A stretch of 64,000 nucleotides of DNA from a virus, in the IMG/VR virus record IMGVR_UViG_3300024520_000050, positions 1-64,000 of that record; one strand, 5' to 3'. The position numbers and the translations under genes are program-made. Positions 1 through 9,068 of this stretch are shown piece after piece (the first letter of the stretch is position 1; each line of letters starts with the position of its first letter). The notes below the pieces were generated by a model. That model worked only from the letters and a program-made list of their open reading frames with translations, did no database searches and was not told where the DNA came from.

Positions 1-15
1 ATGATTCTCCATGAT

Positions 16-306
16 TCAACAATCATCACATTCGATATTTAATTCTTCATGTTTAATCCACATTGAACCATGAAAATCTAATAATTGTGCTGATAATTCT
101 TTCATTGATTCAAGCTTTTCAAGAACTGGTATTAACCAATTCCAATCAGTACTGTAATTGAGAGTATAATTATGAACATCAGGATCTCGAGGATCAACTC
201 CTGTCCAAGTTGTAGCACTACCGTACTCACCTTTTCCAGTACCTTTCTTTTCTTTTCCTCCCATGAATAAAGCAAGAGCTCTATCTTTTTTTTCTTCTTC
301 TACCAT
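16..306 (-). CDS. hypothetical phage protein
   Basis: ORF track 16..339; the internal Met at 306 is the likelier start; contains a YSTDWNWLIPVLEKLE motif. Confidence 0.7.
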   Translation of the reverse strand: MVEEEKKDRALALFMGGKEKKGTGKGEYGSATTWTGVDPRDPDVHNYTLNYSTDWNWLIPVLEKLESMKELSAQLLDFHGSMWIKHEELNIECDDC

Positions 307-379
307 TGTTATATGCGGTTTAAATTTGATTAAAAACAAAATAATAGAATGAATCTATAATTATCTGATTAGTTATAAC

Positions 380-399
380 ATGGCGCGGACTATGTATTT
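380..399. repeat. GC-rich 20-mer ATGGCGCGGACTATGTATTT, copy 1
   Basis: Identical 20-mer at 18959-18978; both copies are intergenic. Confidence 0.9.
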
Positions 400-418
400 C
401 TCGCACACACTTCGCATT

Positions 419-622
419 CTACGGATTCTCATACAATTCAGAATGAAGATCGAATACATACTTACGCAATCTTTTATACTGTTCCTTTGCTCTCTTTAAT
501 AAAGTTTTATTCTCTCTAGCTGTCCTTTTAGATGCTTTAAGTTTATGTTTTAATGAAGTATTTTCCTTCTTAAGAGAGTTATTCTCATCAATTAATCGCT
601 TCATTAATTCGTTCTTCATCAT
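419..622 (-). CDS. small coiled-coil protein
   Basis: ORF with heptad-like K/E/L pattern. Confidence 0.7.
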   Translation of the reverse strand: MMKNELMKRLIDENNSLKKENTSLKHKLKASKRTARENKTLLKRAKEQYKRLRKYVFDLHSELYENP

Positions 623-644
623 ATTTATGATTTAAGTTATAAAA

Positions 645-736
645 TACATGTGCAATCCTCCATAGAATCTAGCTACCAGTTTCGACTTATATGACCTTGA
701 CATCACCTTACACATGCTATGAGGATTCGAACCTCT
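645..736 (-). ncRNA. T-arm-containing structured element (not a full tRNA)
   Basis: Minus strand GAGG-TTCGAAT-CCTC T-arm (721-735) followed by a stem ATAGCATGTGT/GCACATGTAT; no D or anticodon arm upstream. Confidence 0.35.
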
Positions 737-751
737 TTCTTCTTATATATC

Positions 752-1411
752 TTAATCTAATATCTTCCATTCACTAGGTATATCAATCCACTTCTTCTTA
801 TTAGTATTAGGATTCTCATATAATTGCTGTAACACCGCAATACATTCCCATTGACCGGCAACCATTGTACCAGGTCCAGTTTGTTCAAATGTACTACGTA
901 ATGTAGTAATATTACGTATTTCACTTTGACATACATAATCCTTTTTATTACCATTATTAAGTGTTAATGGACCAAATCCATTAATAACTTCTAATGCATT
1001 TTTAGGATCATTTAATACTTCAAGAATAGCTGGAATATGACTTGATTTAAGTTCTTTAAACTCAGCTAATTCTCTATACGTTAACCATTTATGATCACTG
1101 AATTCTCTATCACAAATAATCATACTAGCTTTCTCTTCATCACTAACTTCAACAAAATAATAATCAATACTATCTAATCCTAATTCTTTTATTCCTGATG
1201 AAAGTGATATAAGATGTATTATCTTTCTACATCCTATTTTTAGATTTAATTCTTCTTCAGTTTCTCTATGTAATGCATCAAGTAAAGTTTCACTTTCATC
1301 TTGTTTTCCACCAGCAAATACCCAATAATCAAACATTGGATGTGGTTTACCTATTTTACAGACTAACACTCTACGATATTTATCACAAGGAATTATACAT
1401 GCTACTTTCAT
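752..1411 (-). CDS. Nudix hydrolase with C-terminal extra domain
   Basis: Nudix box GGKQDESETLLDALHRETEEELNL; C-terminal VLQQLYE...WIDIP resembles ORF 3191-3406. Confidence 0.9.
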   Translation of the reverse strand: MKVACIIPCDKYRRVLVCKIGKPHPMFDYWVFAGGKQDESETLLDALHRETEEELNLKIGCRKIIHLISLSSGIKELGLDSIDYYFVEVSDEEKASMIICDREFSDHKWLTYRELAEFKELKSSHIPAILEVLNDPKNALEVINGFGPLTLNNGNKKDYVCQSEIRNITTLRSTFEQTGPGTMVAGQWECIAVLQQLYENPNTNKKKWIDIPSEWKILD

Positions 1412-1444
1412 ATTATTTTTATTTAGTTAAAAATACACCTTAAA

Positions 1445-1518
1445 ACCATTGCGATGGTAACTTCAATTGTGTTGTGTACGACAATGAGAGTCATAGCGGT
1501 CCGCTGATACTATCTCAT
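1445..1518. other. intergenic hairpin cluster
   Basis: ACCAT/ATGGT and ATGAGA...TCTCAT stems with an inner AGCGG/CCGCT stem. Confidence 0.45.
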
Positions 1519-1537
1519 CTGTACAAGTTTTTTCTCT

Positions 1538-2179
1538 TTATTTATCTTCTTCAATTTTATCTGCCCAAAAAGTTCCCCCTTCCATATTTTCTTTTTCACA
1601 TTCAATTAAGTGTCCTGCAATATCATCAATAACACTATTCCAATTCCTTAATTCTATAAAATCTAATTCATCTTCACCTCCTTCAGCTGCGGGAATACTA
1701 TAAGGCTCTTGAATCATACCATACATAGATATTGAATACAATATAGATCTAGCTCGATCTTTACAGTTTTTATAATTCTCTGCAATTAATTCTTCTTCGG
1801 TTTTAATTCGCCATACTCTTGTATAACATCCTTGCCCGCTATAGAGTGTGACAGCATAATTACCAAGTCTCCATGATTCACTAGCAAACATGTTATCTAA
1901 TCCTGGCTTATATTCTCCACCATATTTACGTGCATAACTTAAAAAGAAATCAAATAATCTTTCTTGTGGTTCTCTACCAGCTTTGCGTTCACGATCTTGA
2001 TATTCATCAGATTCATACTTTGCAATGATCTTATCAATTATTGAATCAATTTTAACTCCCCATTTCTCCCAATAATCTGTAATTCTATTATCATAAATCT
2101 TTTTACGTTTTGCATGAGATATGCTCCATTCTTCAGCATGTTTATCAATGTGTGCTTTCCAATCTTCTAGTTTCATCAT
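1538..2179 (-). CDS. hypothetical protein
   Basis: 213-aa ORF in co-oriented gene run. Confidence 0.8.
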   Translation of the reverse strand: MMKLEDWKAHIDKHAEEWSISHAKRKKIYDNRITDYWEKWGVKIDSIIDKIIAKYESDEYQDRERKAGREPQERLFDFFLSYARKYGGEYKPGLDNMFASESWRLGNYAVTLYSGQGCYTRVWRIKTEEELIAENYKNCKDRARSILYSISMYGMIQEPYSIPAAEGGEDELDFIELRNWNSVIDDIAGHLIECEKENMEGGTFWADKIEEDK

Positions 2180-2429
2180 CTTTAATTTCTTTTATCAATC
2201 CTTCCAATCGAGGAATATCCTCTTTTTTAAATATGACACAATCCCAGTGACCATAATCGGTACGATATCCACATATATATTTGATAGCATAAAATATTCG
2301 TTTAAATACACCAAAGTATCCATTTAAATGAACATGACAAATTAATTCATTCTCATCTTCGTCATATTGAAATATAACTTGATGTGATCTACAGTGACAC
2401 TCACATATAAATAATTCTTCTTTATTCAT
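2145..2429 (-). CDS. hypothetical protein (CxCxxH motif)
   Basis: ELFICECHCRSHQV; tight overlap with neighbours. Confidence 0.75.
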   Translation of the reverse strand: MNKEELFICECHCRSHQVIFQYDEDENELICHVHLNGYFGVFKRIFYAIKYICGYRTDYGHWDCVIFKKEDIPRLEGLIKEIKDDETRRLESTH

Positions 2430-2643
2430 CTCTAAATAATTTTAATGGTACTATGATTTCTCCTGCTTCATTAATGGTATTATCAAATTTATCCGCGTCA
2501 GTTTCTACATATGCTATGTCAGTTGATTCAATCATTGCATCTCCTGCAGATTGTTCTCCACCTCCAGCAAACCAATTTGTAAATGCATAAGCTTGCTTAA
2601 CAGTTTCAAAACCAGTAAATATTACTTTAATCTTTTTTTTCAT
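2422..2643 (-). CDS. hypothetical protein
   Basis: ORF in coupled operon. Confidence 0.7.
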   Translation of the reverse strand: MKKKIKVIFTGFETVKQAYAFTNWFAGGGEQSAGDAMIESTDIAYVETDADKFDNTINEAGEIIVPLKLFRDE

Positions 2644-2845
2644 CTTCTCTATATTTTAAATAAGTTTTAATAGAATTAATTGTAAAAAGAAAATTATCAT
2701 AAATTAAATCACTTTGTTCAGCAATAACTTCACTATCATCATTTCCTTTTTCATCCCATACTTCCATCATCTTTTTAAGCATTTGAATATGATCTACTGA
2801 AACGTGTCCCATGAAATCAACTTCTTTCTTCTTTTTCTTTGCCAT
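2627..2845 (-). CDS. hypothetical protein
   Basis: ORF in coupled operon. Confidence 0.7.
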   Translation of the reverse strand: MAKKKKKEVDFMGHVSVDHIQMLKKMMEVWDEKGNDDSEVIAEQSDLIYDNFLFTINSIKTYLKYREDEKKD

Positions 2846-2847
2846 AA

Positions 2848-3198
2848 TTAAGGTATCGTATTATATCCATCAATAAATAATTTATAGTGATTAAATTCAC
2901 TTTCAGTTATTACTTTAATTGTAACCCATGTTCTAGTGCAATTATAACCATCTTGCTCATGCATTTCATCTTCATTATGATACCAATCATACTCATCTAT
3001 ATCATAATCATCATTATTTTCAAAATATGATCTTGGTCCTAAAAACCCTTCAGCATATTCTTCACCTTCTACAAGTTGACTGTACTTTCCATCATCTTCA
3101 TCAATTACTACTTCTTTTATTATTTGCCCAGTATCTGGACTCCCATGACCATCATAAAATTCTTCTATAGTAGTCACAAGTAAACATCTTCTACTCAT
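2848..3198 (-). CDS. acidic hypothetical protein
   Basis: D/E-rich ORF in coupled operon. Confidence 0.75.
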   Translation of the reverse strand: MSRRCLLVTTIEEFYDGHGSPDTGQIIKEVVIDEDDGKYSQLVEGEEYAEGFLGPRSYFENNDDYDIDEYDWYHNEDEMHEQDGYNCTRTWVTIKVITESEFNHYKLFIDGYNTIP

Positions 3199-3406
3199 TT
3201 TTTTCTTCTTTTATCTCTTCAAATCCTGGTTCTTCTATTACTGGTACATCTTTCCATATAATCTTTCCTGTAACTACATCTTTCCATGCTTGTTGTAATA
3301 CTTGTACTTCTTGAGACCCAACAATCTTATGATTATGATATTTAGGTTCTTCACGTATTAACCAACGTACTGCAGTTTGACATTCCCATATATTTGATTC
3401 ATTCAT
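3191..3406 (-). CDS. small protein with VLQQ-W...W-DVP motif
   Basis: Similar to the C-terminal domain of the Nudix ORF. Confidence 0.75.
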   Translation of the reverse strand: MNESNIWECQTAVRWLIREEPKYHNHKIVGSQEVQVLQQAWKDVVTGKIIWKDVPVIEEPGFEEIKEEKNE

Positions 3407-3828
3407 ATCTCTTCAATTATTTTTAAATTAGTATTATCTAAACAATTATATTTTATATTTCGTTTTTTACAAAATAGTATAATCATTTCTTTGATTGCTG
3501 TAAATTTATATTCTAATCTATGCATTTCATTTCTAACATTTAAATTCTTTGTATAAGTAAAGTCAAAATTAGTTTTAACAATAGTTTCGGAATTTGGCCC
3601 GTCACCTTTCATTGTTCCTTGATTTTGCCATTCATGTTGTCTACCAATAAGTACTATATTACCATCTAATTCATATCTCCAATCTTGTACATTATACAAC
3701 CATAGTTTAGATGTACAGTTATGAGCTAATTTATCAACTGTCATTCCTTGACCAATAGCTGTAACAACTCCTAATTCATCATAAGGTCCAAACAATTGAT
3801 CTAGATTAGCTAACATTTTATCATTCAT
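3403..3828 (-). CDS. paralog family member (subgroup B)
   Basis: N-terminus NLDQLF..ELGVVTAIGQGM shared with 18523-18888 and 4117-4527. Confidence 0.75.
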   Translation of the reverse strand: MNDKMLANLDQLFGPYDELGVVTAIGQGMTVDKLAHNCTSKLWLYNVQDWRYELDGNIVLIGRQHEWQNQGTMKGDGPNSETIVKTNFDFTYTKNLNVRNEMHRLEYKFTAIKEMIILFCKKRNIKYNCLDNTNLKIIEEI

Positions 3829-4144
3829 CTGTTCTTTCTTTTATAAATTTAGTTATCATTTCTTCTATTCTATCAACAACCCAATCAACTCTTTCTTTAC
3901 TTCCTTCAGTTTTCCAAAAATAATGTGTTTTAGTAAAGTTAGTCACAAATGGTTTTTGAAATGTAACATAATAGTCACCTAATTCCCATTGCTTCTCATC
4001 CTCACTAATCAACCAATTATGTCGTAATACTAATATTAAAATAGCAGTCACCGTCAATCCTTGACCATGACACATCATTATAACTAAATCACTATGTCCA
4101 TGTTGACATAATTGTGTTAACTTAAGTTCATCTTCTGGGGCCAT
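3821..4144 (-). CDS. paralog family member (subgroup B, divergent)
   Basis: KLTQLCQHGHSDLVIMMCHGQGL N-terminus. Confidence 0.65.
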   Translation of the reverse strand: MAPEDELKLTQLCQHGHSDLVIMMCHGQGLTVTAILILVLRHNWLISEDEKQWELGDYYVTFQKPFVTNFTKTHYFWKTEGSKERVDWVVDRIEEMITKFIKERTDE

Positions 4145-4527
4145 GTGTTATATTTTATGTTACGATCATCTAAAAATCTTTCAATCATTAATGCGAACAT
4201 TTTACGTCTATGATATTTCATAGTTTTCTTTGATATCCTCCAATGATCAAGTATATTGATATCCTTTCGAAAGATTAAAGATTTATGCGATTTGTATATA
4301 TTATAATCACCTAATGAATAAGTTATAAAAACTGTTTTATTAACAAATCCAATTACATTATAATTATAAGAATGGTTATAATACCATCCTTCATTCATAC
4401 ATTTCTGAGCTAATTGGCTTGGTGTATATCCTTGACTAATTGCCATAATTATACCTAAAGCTCGTATTTCATCACATTCACTACCAAGAAACTGTTTTAA
4501 CTTCTTGGTTCTTTCTCCTTTATTCAT
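4117..4527 (-). CDS. paralog family member (subgroup B)
   Basis: KLKQFLGSECDEIRALGIIMAISQGY N-terminus. Confidence 0.75.
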   Translation of the reverse strand: MNKGERTKKLKQFLGSECDEIRALGIIMAISQGYTPSQLAQKCMNEGWYYNHSYNYNVIGFVNKTVFITYSLGDYNIYKSHKSLIFRKDINILDHWRISKKTMKYHRRKMFALMIERFLDDRNIKYNTWPQKMNLS

Positions 4528-5258
4528 CTTCCATCTTTAATTATTCCAAAATATCTATATTTAAGTAAATCTAAATAAATATCATTTGGTACGCCATAGT
4601 TTCCTATAGCCCACATATCATTTAATTCAATGATTTCTTGTGATTTATCAACCATTATAGCAATATCAATTGTATAACATTTATTCCATGATTCTTTATT
4701 ATAAAGTAAATTATAATCTCCAATAGTTTCTCCAATATAATCCATATTAGGAAACGCGTCAAATTCACCACTGTAATGCTTACAATCGATTATCTCATTA
4801 CCTTGTACATAAATCCTCCACTCACTTATAATCTCCTTCTTAAACGGCTTATAAGTCAATAATTCTGTATCACCTGGTACATCATCTAAACACTTATAAT
4901 GTGATTCATCCAATACAAAACCTGTGAATAATTTCAATTCTTTAGGTTTGATGAATAAGTTCTTTGTTGGTGTAATTTTTGCTTTAGCTTCATCAAGAGT
5001 CATTAATTTATGACTTCTACTTGGATTATTTGGAATCCATGGATCTACACCACGAATCTTCCATACTTCCTTCATGAATTCAACAGTACCTACGAATAAA
5101 CAATGAACAGTTCTCCAATCCCATAAGCCACTATCATCAGCAAGTTCATCATAAGTAATAAGTTTAAACTCTTGTTTAGTTTCAATAGCACCAAACATAG
5201 TACATGCTGCCTCATGATGATGAGGTCTTCCTTGTTTATCTGCTTGTATGTATATCAT
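4524..5258 (-). CDS. ATP-grasp protein (DUF4343/R2K-like)
   Basis: LFIKP, SEWRIYV, YTIDIA, IIELND motifs typical of ATP-grasp ligases. Confidence 0.75.
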   Translation of the reverse strand: MIYIQADKQGRPHHHEAACTMFGAIETKQEFKLITYDELADDSGLWDWRTVHCLFVGTVEFMKEVWKIRGVDPWIPNNPSRSHKLMTLDEAKAKITPTKNLFIKPKELKLFTGFVLDESHYKCLDDVPGDTELLTYKPFKKEIISEWRIYVQGNEIIDCKHYSGEFDAFPNMDYIGETIGDYNLLYNKESWNKCYTIDIAIMVDKSQEIIELNDMWAIGNYGVPNDIYLDLLKYRYFGIIKDGR

Positions 5259-5261
5259 AGT

Positions 5262-5576
5262 TTATTCTTTTAAGTATTTTATAAATGTTTCGATTGTATT
5301 GGATTTACTTACTGACCAATTTATATAGTTGGCTGAATCAGATCCACAACGATAACGAGCGATTAAGTTATGGGTATTTTTTGCAAAGCTCCATTTACCT
5401 AACGTCATAGTTTTAATCTCGTCGTATAAATAATGTTTTACACCAATGCAATCAAATAACTTTTCAATAATATCAACTTCATCATAACCATAATTCTCTG
5501 CTAATTTAAATCCAACTAATGCAGTATGTGGTGATGATAGAAGTTGATGAATACTATCTAATTCTTTATCTGTCAT
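5262..5576 (-). CDS. paralog family member (subgroup A)
   Basis: MTDKELDSIHQLLSS..GFKLAENYGY. Confidence 0.8.
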   Translation of the reverse strand: MTDKELDSIHQLLSSPHTALVGFKLAENYGYDEVDIIEKLFDCIGVKHYLYDEIKTMTLGKWSFAKNTHNLIARYRCGSDSANYINWSVSKSNTIETFIKYLKE

Positions 5577-5890
5577 AATTTTAATTTAAGCATTAACCAT
5601 TTAAATGCTGTTTCTTCAAATCTCCATGGTCCTTTTTGATGTTGATATGGATCACTTATAACAGTAATAGACCATTTATTCAATAAGGCCCTATTTCTCT
5701 TAATTAATGTCATATTATTAAATTTAAGTTTCCATGTATCTTCACAATTACATCTACTCTTCTTATCCCACAATAGTCTAATAAGATCCAGAGCATCATA
5801 CCCAAATCCTTCTGCTAATTTAAAACCTAGCTTAGAAGTATTTGGGTATGATATCAATTGGTGTATATTATCTAATTCTTTATCATTCAT
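5573..5890 (-). CDS. paralog family member (subgroup A)
   Basis: MNDKELDNIHQLISY..GFKLAEGFGY. Confidence 0.8.
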   Translation of the reverse strand: MNDKELDNIHQLISYPNTSKLGFKLAEGFGYDALDLIRLLWDKKSRCNCEDTWKLKFNNMTLIKRNRALLNKWSITVISDPYQHQKGPWRFEETAFKWLMLKLKL

Positions 5891-6383
5891 CTTCCCAAGT
5901 TATTAATGGACAAGCTTTATCTTTAATAGCTTTAAATCCTTCATATATAAATTCAGCAACAGAATTATCAGTAGATATTTTTGATATTCCAATTATTAAT
6001 CCGAATACTACTACAAATATACTCATTATAAGTCCTATTATAGTAAATAAAGACGTAATTCCTATTGTATATATTAATAATGCAAGACATGAAACAACTA
6101 TTAATATTATCAATGCAGGTAATATCTTCAACATTATAATATCCATAGTCTTTGTAGGTATTTTACTAAATAATTTACCTATTAATCTAAATATAGGAAG
6201 TATAGTATACTTTAAAATAGCTCCAATAGGAAGTGATATTGTAAATACCAACACCATCCAAAATAAAGGACAAAGTGATTTAAAATCGACTAATTTATCT
6301 TCATCTTTATTCTCAGGTGTTGTATAAAATTTATCAAGCCATTGTATATAACGACCCATAAATGATTTCTTATTAATTATCAT
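5883..6383 (-). CDS. membrane protein
   Basis: Three hydrophobic stretches; SLCPLFW and KACPLITW motifs. Confidence 0.8.
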   Translation of the reverse strand: MIINKKSFMGRYIQWLDKFYTTPENKDEDKLVDFKSLCPLFWMVLVFTISLPIGAILKYTILPIFRLIGKLFSKIPTKTMDIIMLKILPALIILIVVSCLALLIYTIGITSLFTIIGLIMSIFVVVFGLIIGISKISTDNSVAEFIYEGFKAIKDKACPLITWEDE

Positions 6384-6385
6384 AA

Positions 6386-6901
6386 TTATTTTGTTAATGT
6401 TCCAACTAATTGAGGAACAGGTAATTTAATAGTTTTATCAAATACATCATTGCATTCAAGAACATCTCTTTGAAACTCTTTTAATTTATGAAACATTGCT
6501 ACAAGTGCTTGTTGCCCAAGATTATTGATATCATCATATGTTACAGCGTGACCTGATTCAATATGAATAATTTGATATAATCTCATTGGTCCAGTCCAAA
6601 ATCTAACCCTCCACTTATCAGATACCATGTCATCACTTTTAACCGACCAATCATAAGGTGTTAATCTTATAGACCATAATATCTCAGCAACATCTGTTGA
6701 TAGTTCCATTTCAAAATCATGTTTCAAATTCTCTTCATCAAGAATGTCACCTACAATAATAGGTTGAACACTTTTAGTTGTATACATTACTTCAAAGCGA
6801 TCACGTTCTTTTGTAAGTAGTTCAATCTTACCTTTCATATAATCGTAAGTATAATACCAAGTTATTGCAGCAATGATTATACATGTTATTAATGGAATCA
6901 T
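6386..6901 (-). CDS. N-terminally anchored protein
   Basis: Hydrophobic N-terminal helix then soluble domain. Confidence 0.75.
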   Translation of the reverse strand: MIPLITCIIIAAITWYYTYDYMKGKIELLTKERDRFEVMYTTKSVQPIIVGDILDEENLKHDFEMELSTDVAEILWSIRLTPYDWSVKSDDMVSDKWRVRFWTGPMRLYQIIHIESGHAVTYDDINNLGQQALVAMFHKLKEFQRDVLECNDVFDKTIKLPVPQLVGTLTK

Positions 6902-7056
6902 ATCATTAAGTTTAAATTTTTATGATGAACTAAGCACATTTCTGCTTGTTCTTTATTCCAACATCTCCCAATAACTTTCTTTTTACAGAATGGACACTCC
7001 TTCTTAGGTGGGCCTGCTATTGGTAGTTTGGGTGGTTTAGTATCTTTAGGTGACAT
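6898..7056 (-). CDS. 52-aa Cys-rich peptide (not in ORF track)
   Basis: Manual translation MSPKDTKPPKLPIAGPPKKECPFCKKKVIGRCWNKEQAEMCLVHHKNLNLMI; stop overlaps next start. Confidence 0.55.
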   Translation of the reverse strand: MSPKDTKPPKLPIAGPPKKECPFCKKKVIGRCWNKEQAEMCLVHHKNLNLMI

Positions 7057-7073
7057 AATTAAGTTTTAAAATA

Positions 7074-7188
7074 ACAAAGCTTAGTAGGATTTGAACCTAC
7101 AGTAATCTCGGACCAGTACTCCTGCTAACTAAATCAGGTAGACGTCTAGATACATACCCGCAATCAGTCTAATTGCTATAAGCTTTGT
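7074..7188 (-). tRNA. tRNA-like RNA with expanded central domain (115 nt)
   Basis: ACAAAGCTTA/TAAGCTTTGT closing stem, GCAATT/GATTGC D-like stem, GTAGG-TTCAAAT-CCTAC T-arm; about 59-nt insert in place of a normal anticodon/variable arm. Confidence 0.55.
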
Positions 7189-7223
7189 CAATGAAAGATT
7201 CATATTGATCTCACATGTTTATA

Positions 7224-8282
7224 TTATTTAAATTTTCTAAAGAACATGTCTTTAACTTTCAAAGAAATACTCTTATTTACTTGCTTTGGTTCTAATCCAT
7301 TATCAGCCATGACATCACCTTCTTCAAGTGTAATATCACTAATCATCCAACGAATAAATTCACCAAATTCTTTTCCCATGAATGGTTGTTCGGCACCGAA
7401 GATTTCTTTGATACCTTGATCAAATCTATTCTGTGTTACAGCATATGTTACGAACTTATTAATGCTTTCTAATACTTCTGTATCAACTGCAGCAATTGTC
7501 TTCACATTACTTACACTGTGCTTCTCGCCTTTCGTTTTGAAACGATACACTTGATTATTATAACTTACAGTCCATACTAAACCTTCACCTAATCCACCAT
7601 CAATACCTTGTTGTTTACACACAGGACACTCATCTTCAACCTGTTGAGTTAATTCTACAAACTTATTCTGTGCATATTCAGGTTGGGCAAAGTCAACTGT
7701 TACTTTAAAAGTAGGAAAGTCAAAGATATTAAATAATCTTTTACTTTCATTACCTGGAATCTTAGCAACATCTTCATCACTTAACCAGTAAGACTCACCT
7801 GTTGAATTATCCTCTGATGCTTTAGTTGGATCTGTTACTTTCACACTAAACATGTAGAAAGACTTCGGTAATCCTTGAAGACCAACGTTCTTTTGTATGT
7901 TCCCGCCAGCCCACTCGCCATAAATAGAAATAACCCAATAATCTGGAATGTTATATGCTTCACGAATAAAGAAGAATCTTTTATTCCATTCTTCTTTAAC
8001 AGAATCAGCCCAAAATGCAAATCCAGCATTATCTTTAAGTGGTGTTACAATATTCTTACGTGATTGAAAGTAAATATTACCTTCTCCATCTTGACATACA
8101 GCACCATTAGTACCATGTAATTTAATAGTTCCAGTAAATTCAAGTACTGGTTTTGGAAGTGAACCATCATAAATAGGATCACCATTTTCATCCAAGCCCA
8201 CGAATGTAGCTTGCATACAAATATCACGGATAATGTTCCGGAATTGTGGGATTTTAGGATATGCTGAATGTTTACTTTTCAT
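7224..8282 (-). CDS. rnl2: RNA ligase, Rnl2 family
   Basis: Nucleotidyltransferase motifs KLHGTN (I), IYGEWAG (III), FYMFSV (IIIa), EGLV (IV), FKTKG (V). Confidence 0.85.
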   Translation of the reverse strand: MKSKHSAYPKIPQFRNIIRDICMQATFVGLDENGDPIYDGSLPKPVLEFTGTIKLHGTNGAVCQDGEGNIYFQSRKNIVTPLKDNAGFAFWADSVKEEWNKRFFFIREAYNIPDYWVISIYGEWAGGNIQKNVGLQGLPKSFYMFSVKVTDPTKASEDNSTGESYWLSDEDVAKIPGNESKRLFNIFDFPTFKVTVDFAQPEYAQNKFVELTQQVEDECPVCKQQGIDGGLGEGLVWTVSYNNQVYRFKTKGEKHSVSNVKTIAAVDTEVLESINKFVTYAVTQNRFDQGIKEIFGAEQPFMGKEFGEFIRWMISDITLEEGDVMADNGLEPKQVNKSISLKVKDMFFRKFK

Positions 8283-8404
8283 GTTAATTTGTTTTTAATT
8301 AAAAATAAGTTTATAATTTAATTATCTTCTAATGGACAATTATCAGGTCTTTCAATTGATTCTCCTTCTCTTGTCCATTCTATAAAATTTACATTCTGTA
8401 CAAT

Positions 8405-8725
8405 TCATAATTTATCTTTAAGTTTTAAAATAGAATCTTTACTTACATGAACATTAACTCCTTTATCATGGCGGTTAACACCCATAAAGTTCATTAATTC
8501 TCCTCTTATACCATCGCCTGTTACAGAAACTTTAGCTTGAGTAGCAGTACCTTCTAATACATGTTCTGCATATAATTTCATGATATTTACCATATCATCT
8601 GGATGCATTCTCTCTCCATGTTCAACTACATCATTAATGAAATCATCCTTATTATCATAACCTCTCATTTCTAATAAGAATTGTTCAGCTGATTTAATCT
8701 CTTTTATTTTCCATTTCATAATCAA
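8405..8725 (-). CDS. hypothetical protein
   Basis: ORF; MKLYAEHV..VSKDSILKLKD. Confidence 0.7.
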   Translation of the reverse strand: MIMKWKIKEIKSAEQFLLEMRGYDNKDDFINDVVEHGERMHPDDMVNIMKLYAEHVLEGTATQAKVSVTGDGIRGELMNFMGVNRHDKGVNVHVSKDSILKLKDKL

Positions 8726-9042
8726 TTATTTATTAAGTGTTTAGAATTATCAATTTCTTCTTCCTCTTCTACTTTTGGTGGTTTCATTTGCCATTCAATG
8801 AACTTCTTGAAACACCAATTTACAAAAAAGAAAGGAATTAAAAGTTCCCATAATAATATTAAAAAGAATAATTGAAATCCTTCTTCTGCAGAAGATGTAC
8901 TATTTCTCTTGGTATCAAACCAAAAATTTGCCTTATACTTCATTTCACTAGCAACTGATAAATACCAAGCTCTTAATAATCCGCTTATAATAGCAGTAAA
9001 AAGCTGTGTAATTATCACTAGTATGATTGTAACTGTATTCAT
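8722..9042 (-). CDS. membrane protein
   Basis: Two hydrophobic helices; Met at 9042 likely the true start (ORF track extension runs into the ncRNA closing stem). Confidence 0.7.
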   Translation of the reverse strand: MNTVTIILVIITQLFTAIISGLLRAWYLSVASEMKYKANFWFDTKRNSTSSAEEGFQLFFLILLWELLIPFFFVNWCFKKFIEWQMKPPKVEEEEEIDNSKHLINN

Positions 9043-9068
9043 AATAATTAAATTTAATTTGTTAAAAA

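Noticed and set aside
380-399. ATACATAGTCC on the minus strand resembling group I intron S/P7 element
   Set aside because: No matching R (GACTA) element or interrupted gene in the right position
5842-6327. 161-aa plus-strand ORF
   Set aside because: Antisense to a membrane protein gene in a uniformly minus-strand operon; I/N-rich shadow composition
7135-7160. Possible CUA (amber suppressor) anticodon and genome recoding as in some crAss-like phages
   Set aside because: The stem does not give a canonical 7-nt loop, and late genes are long and uninterrupted in the standard code, so recoding is not needed
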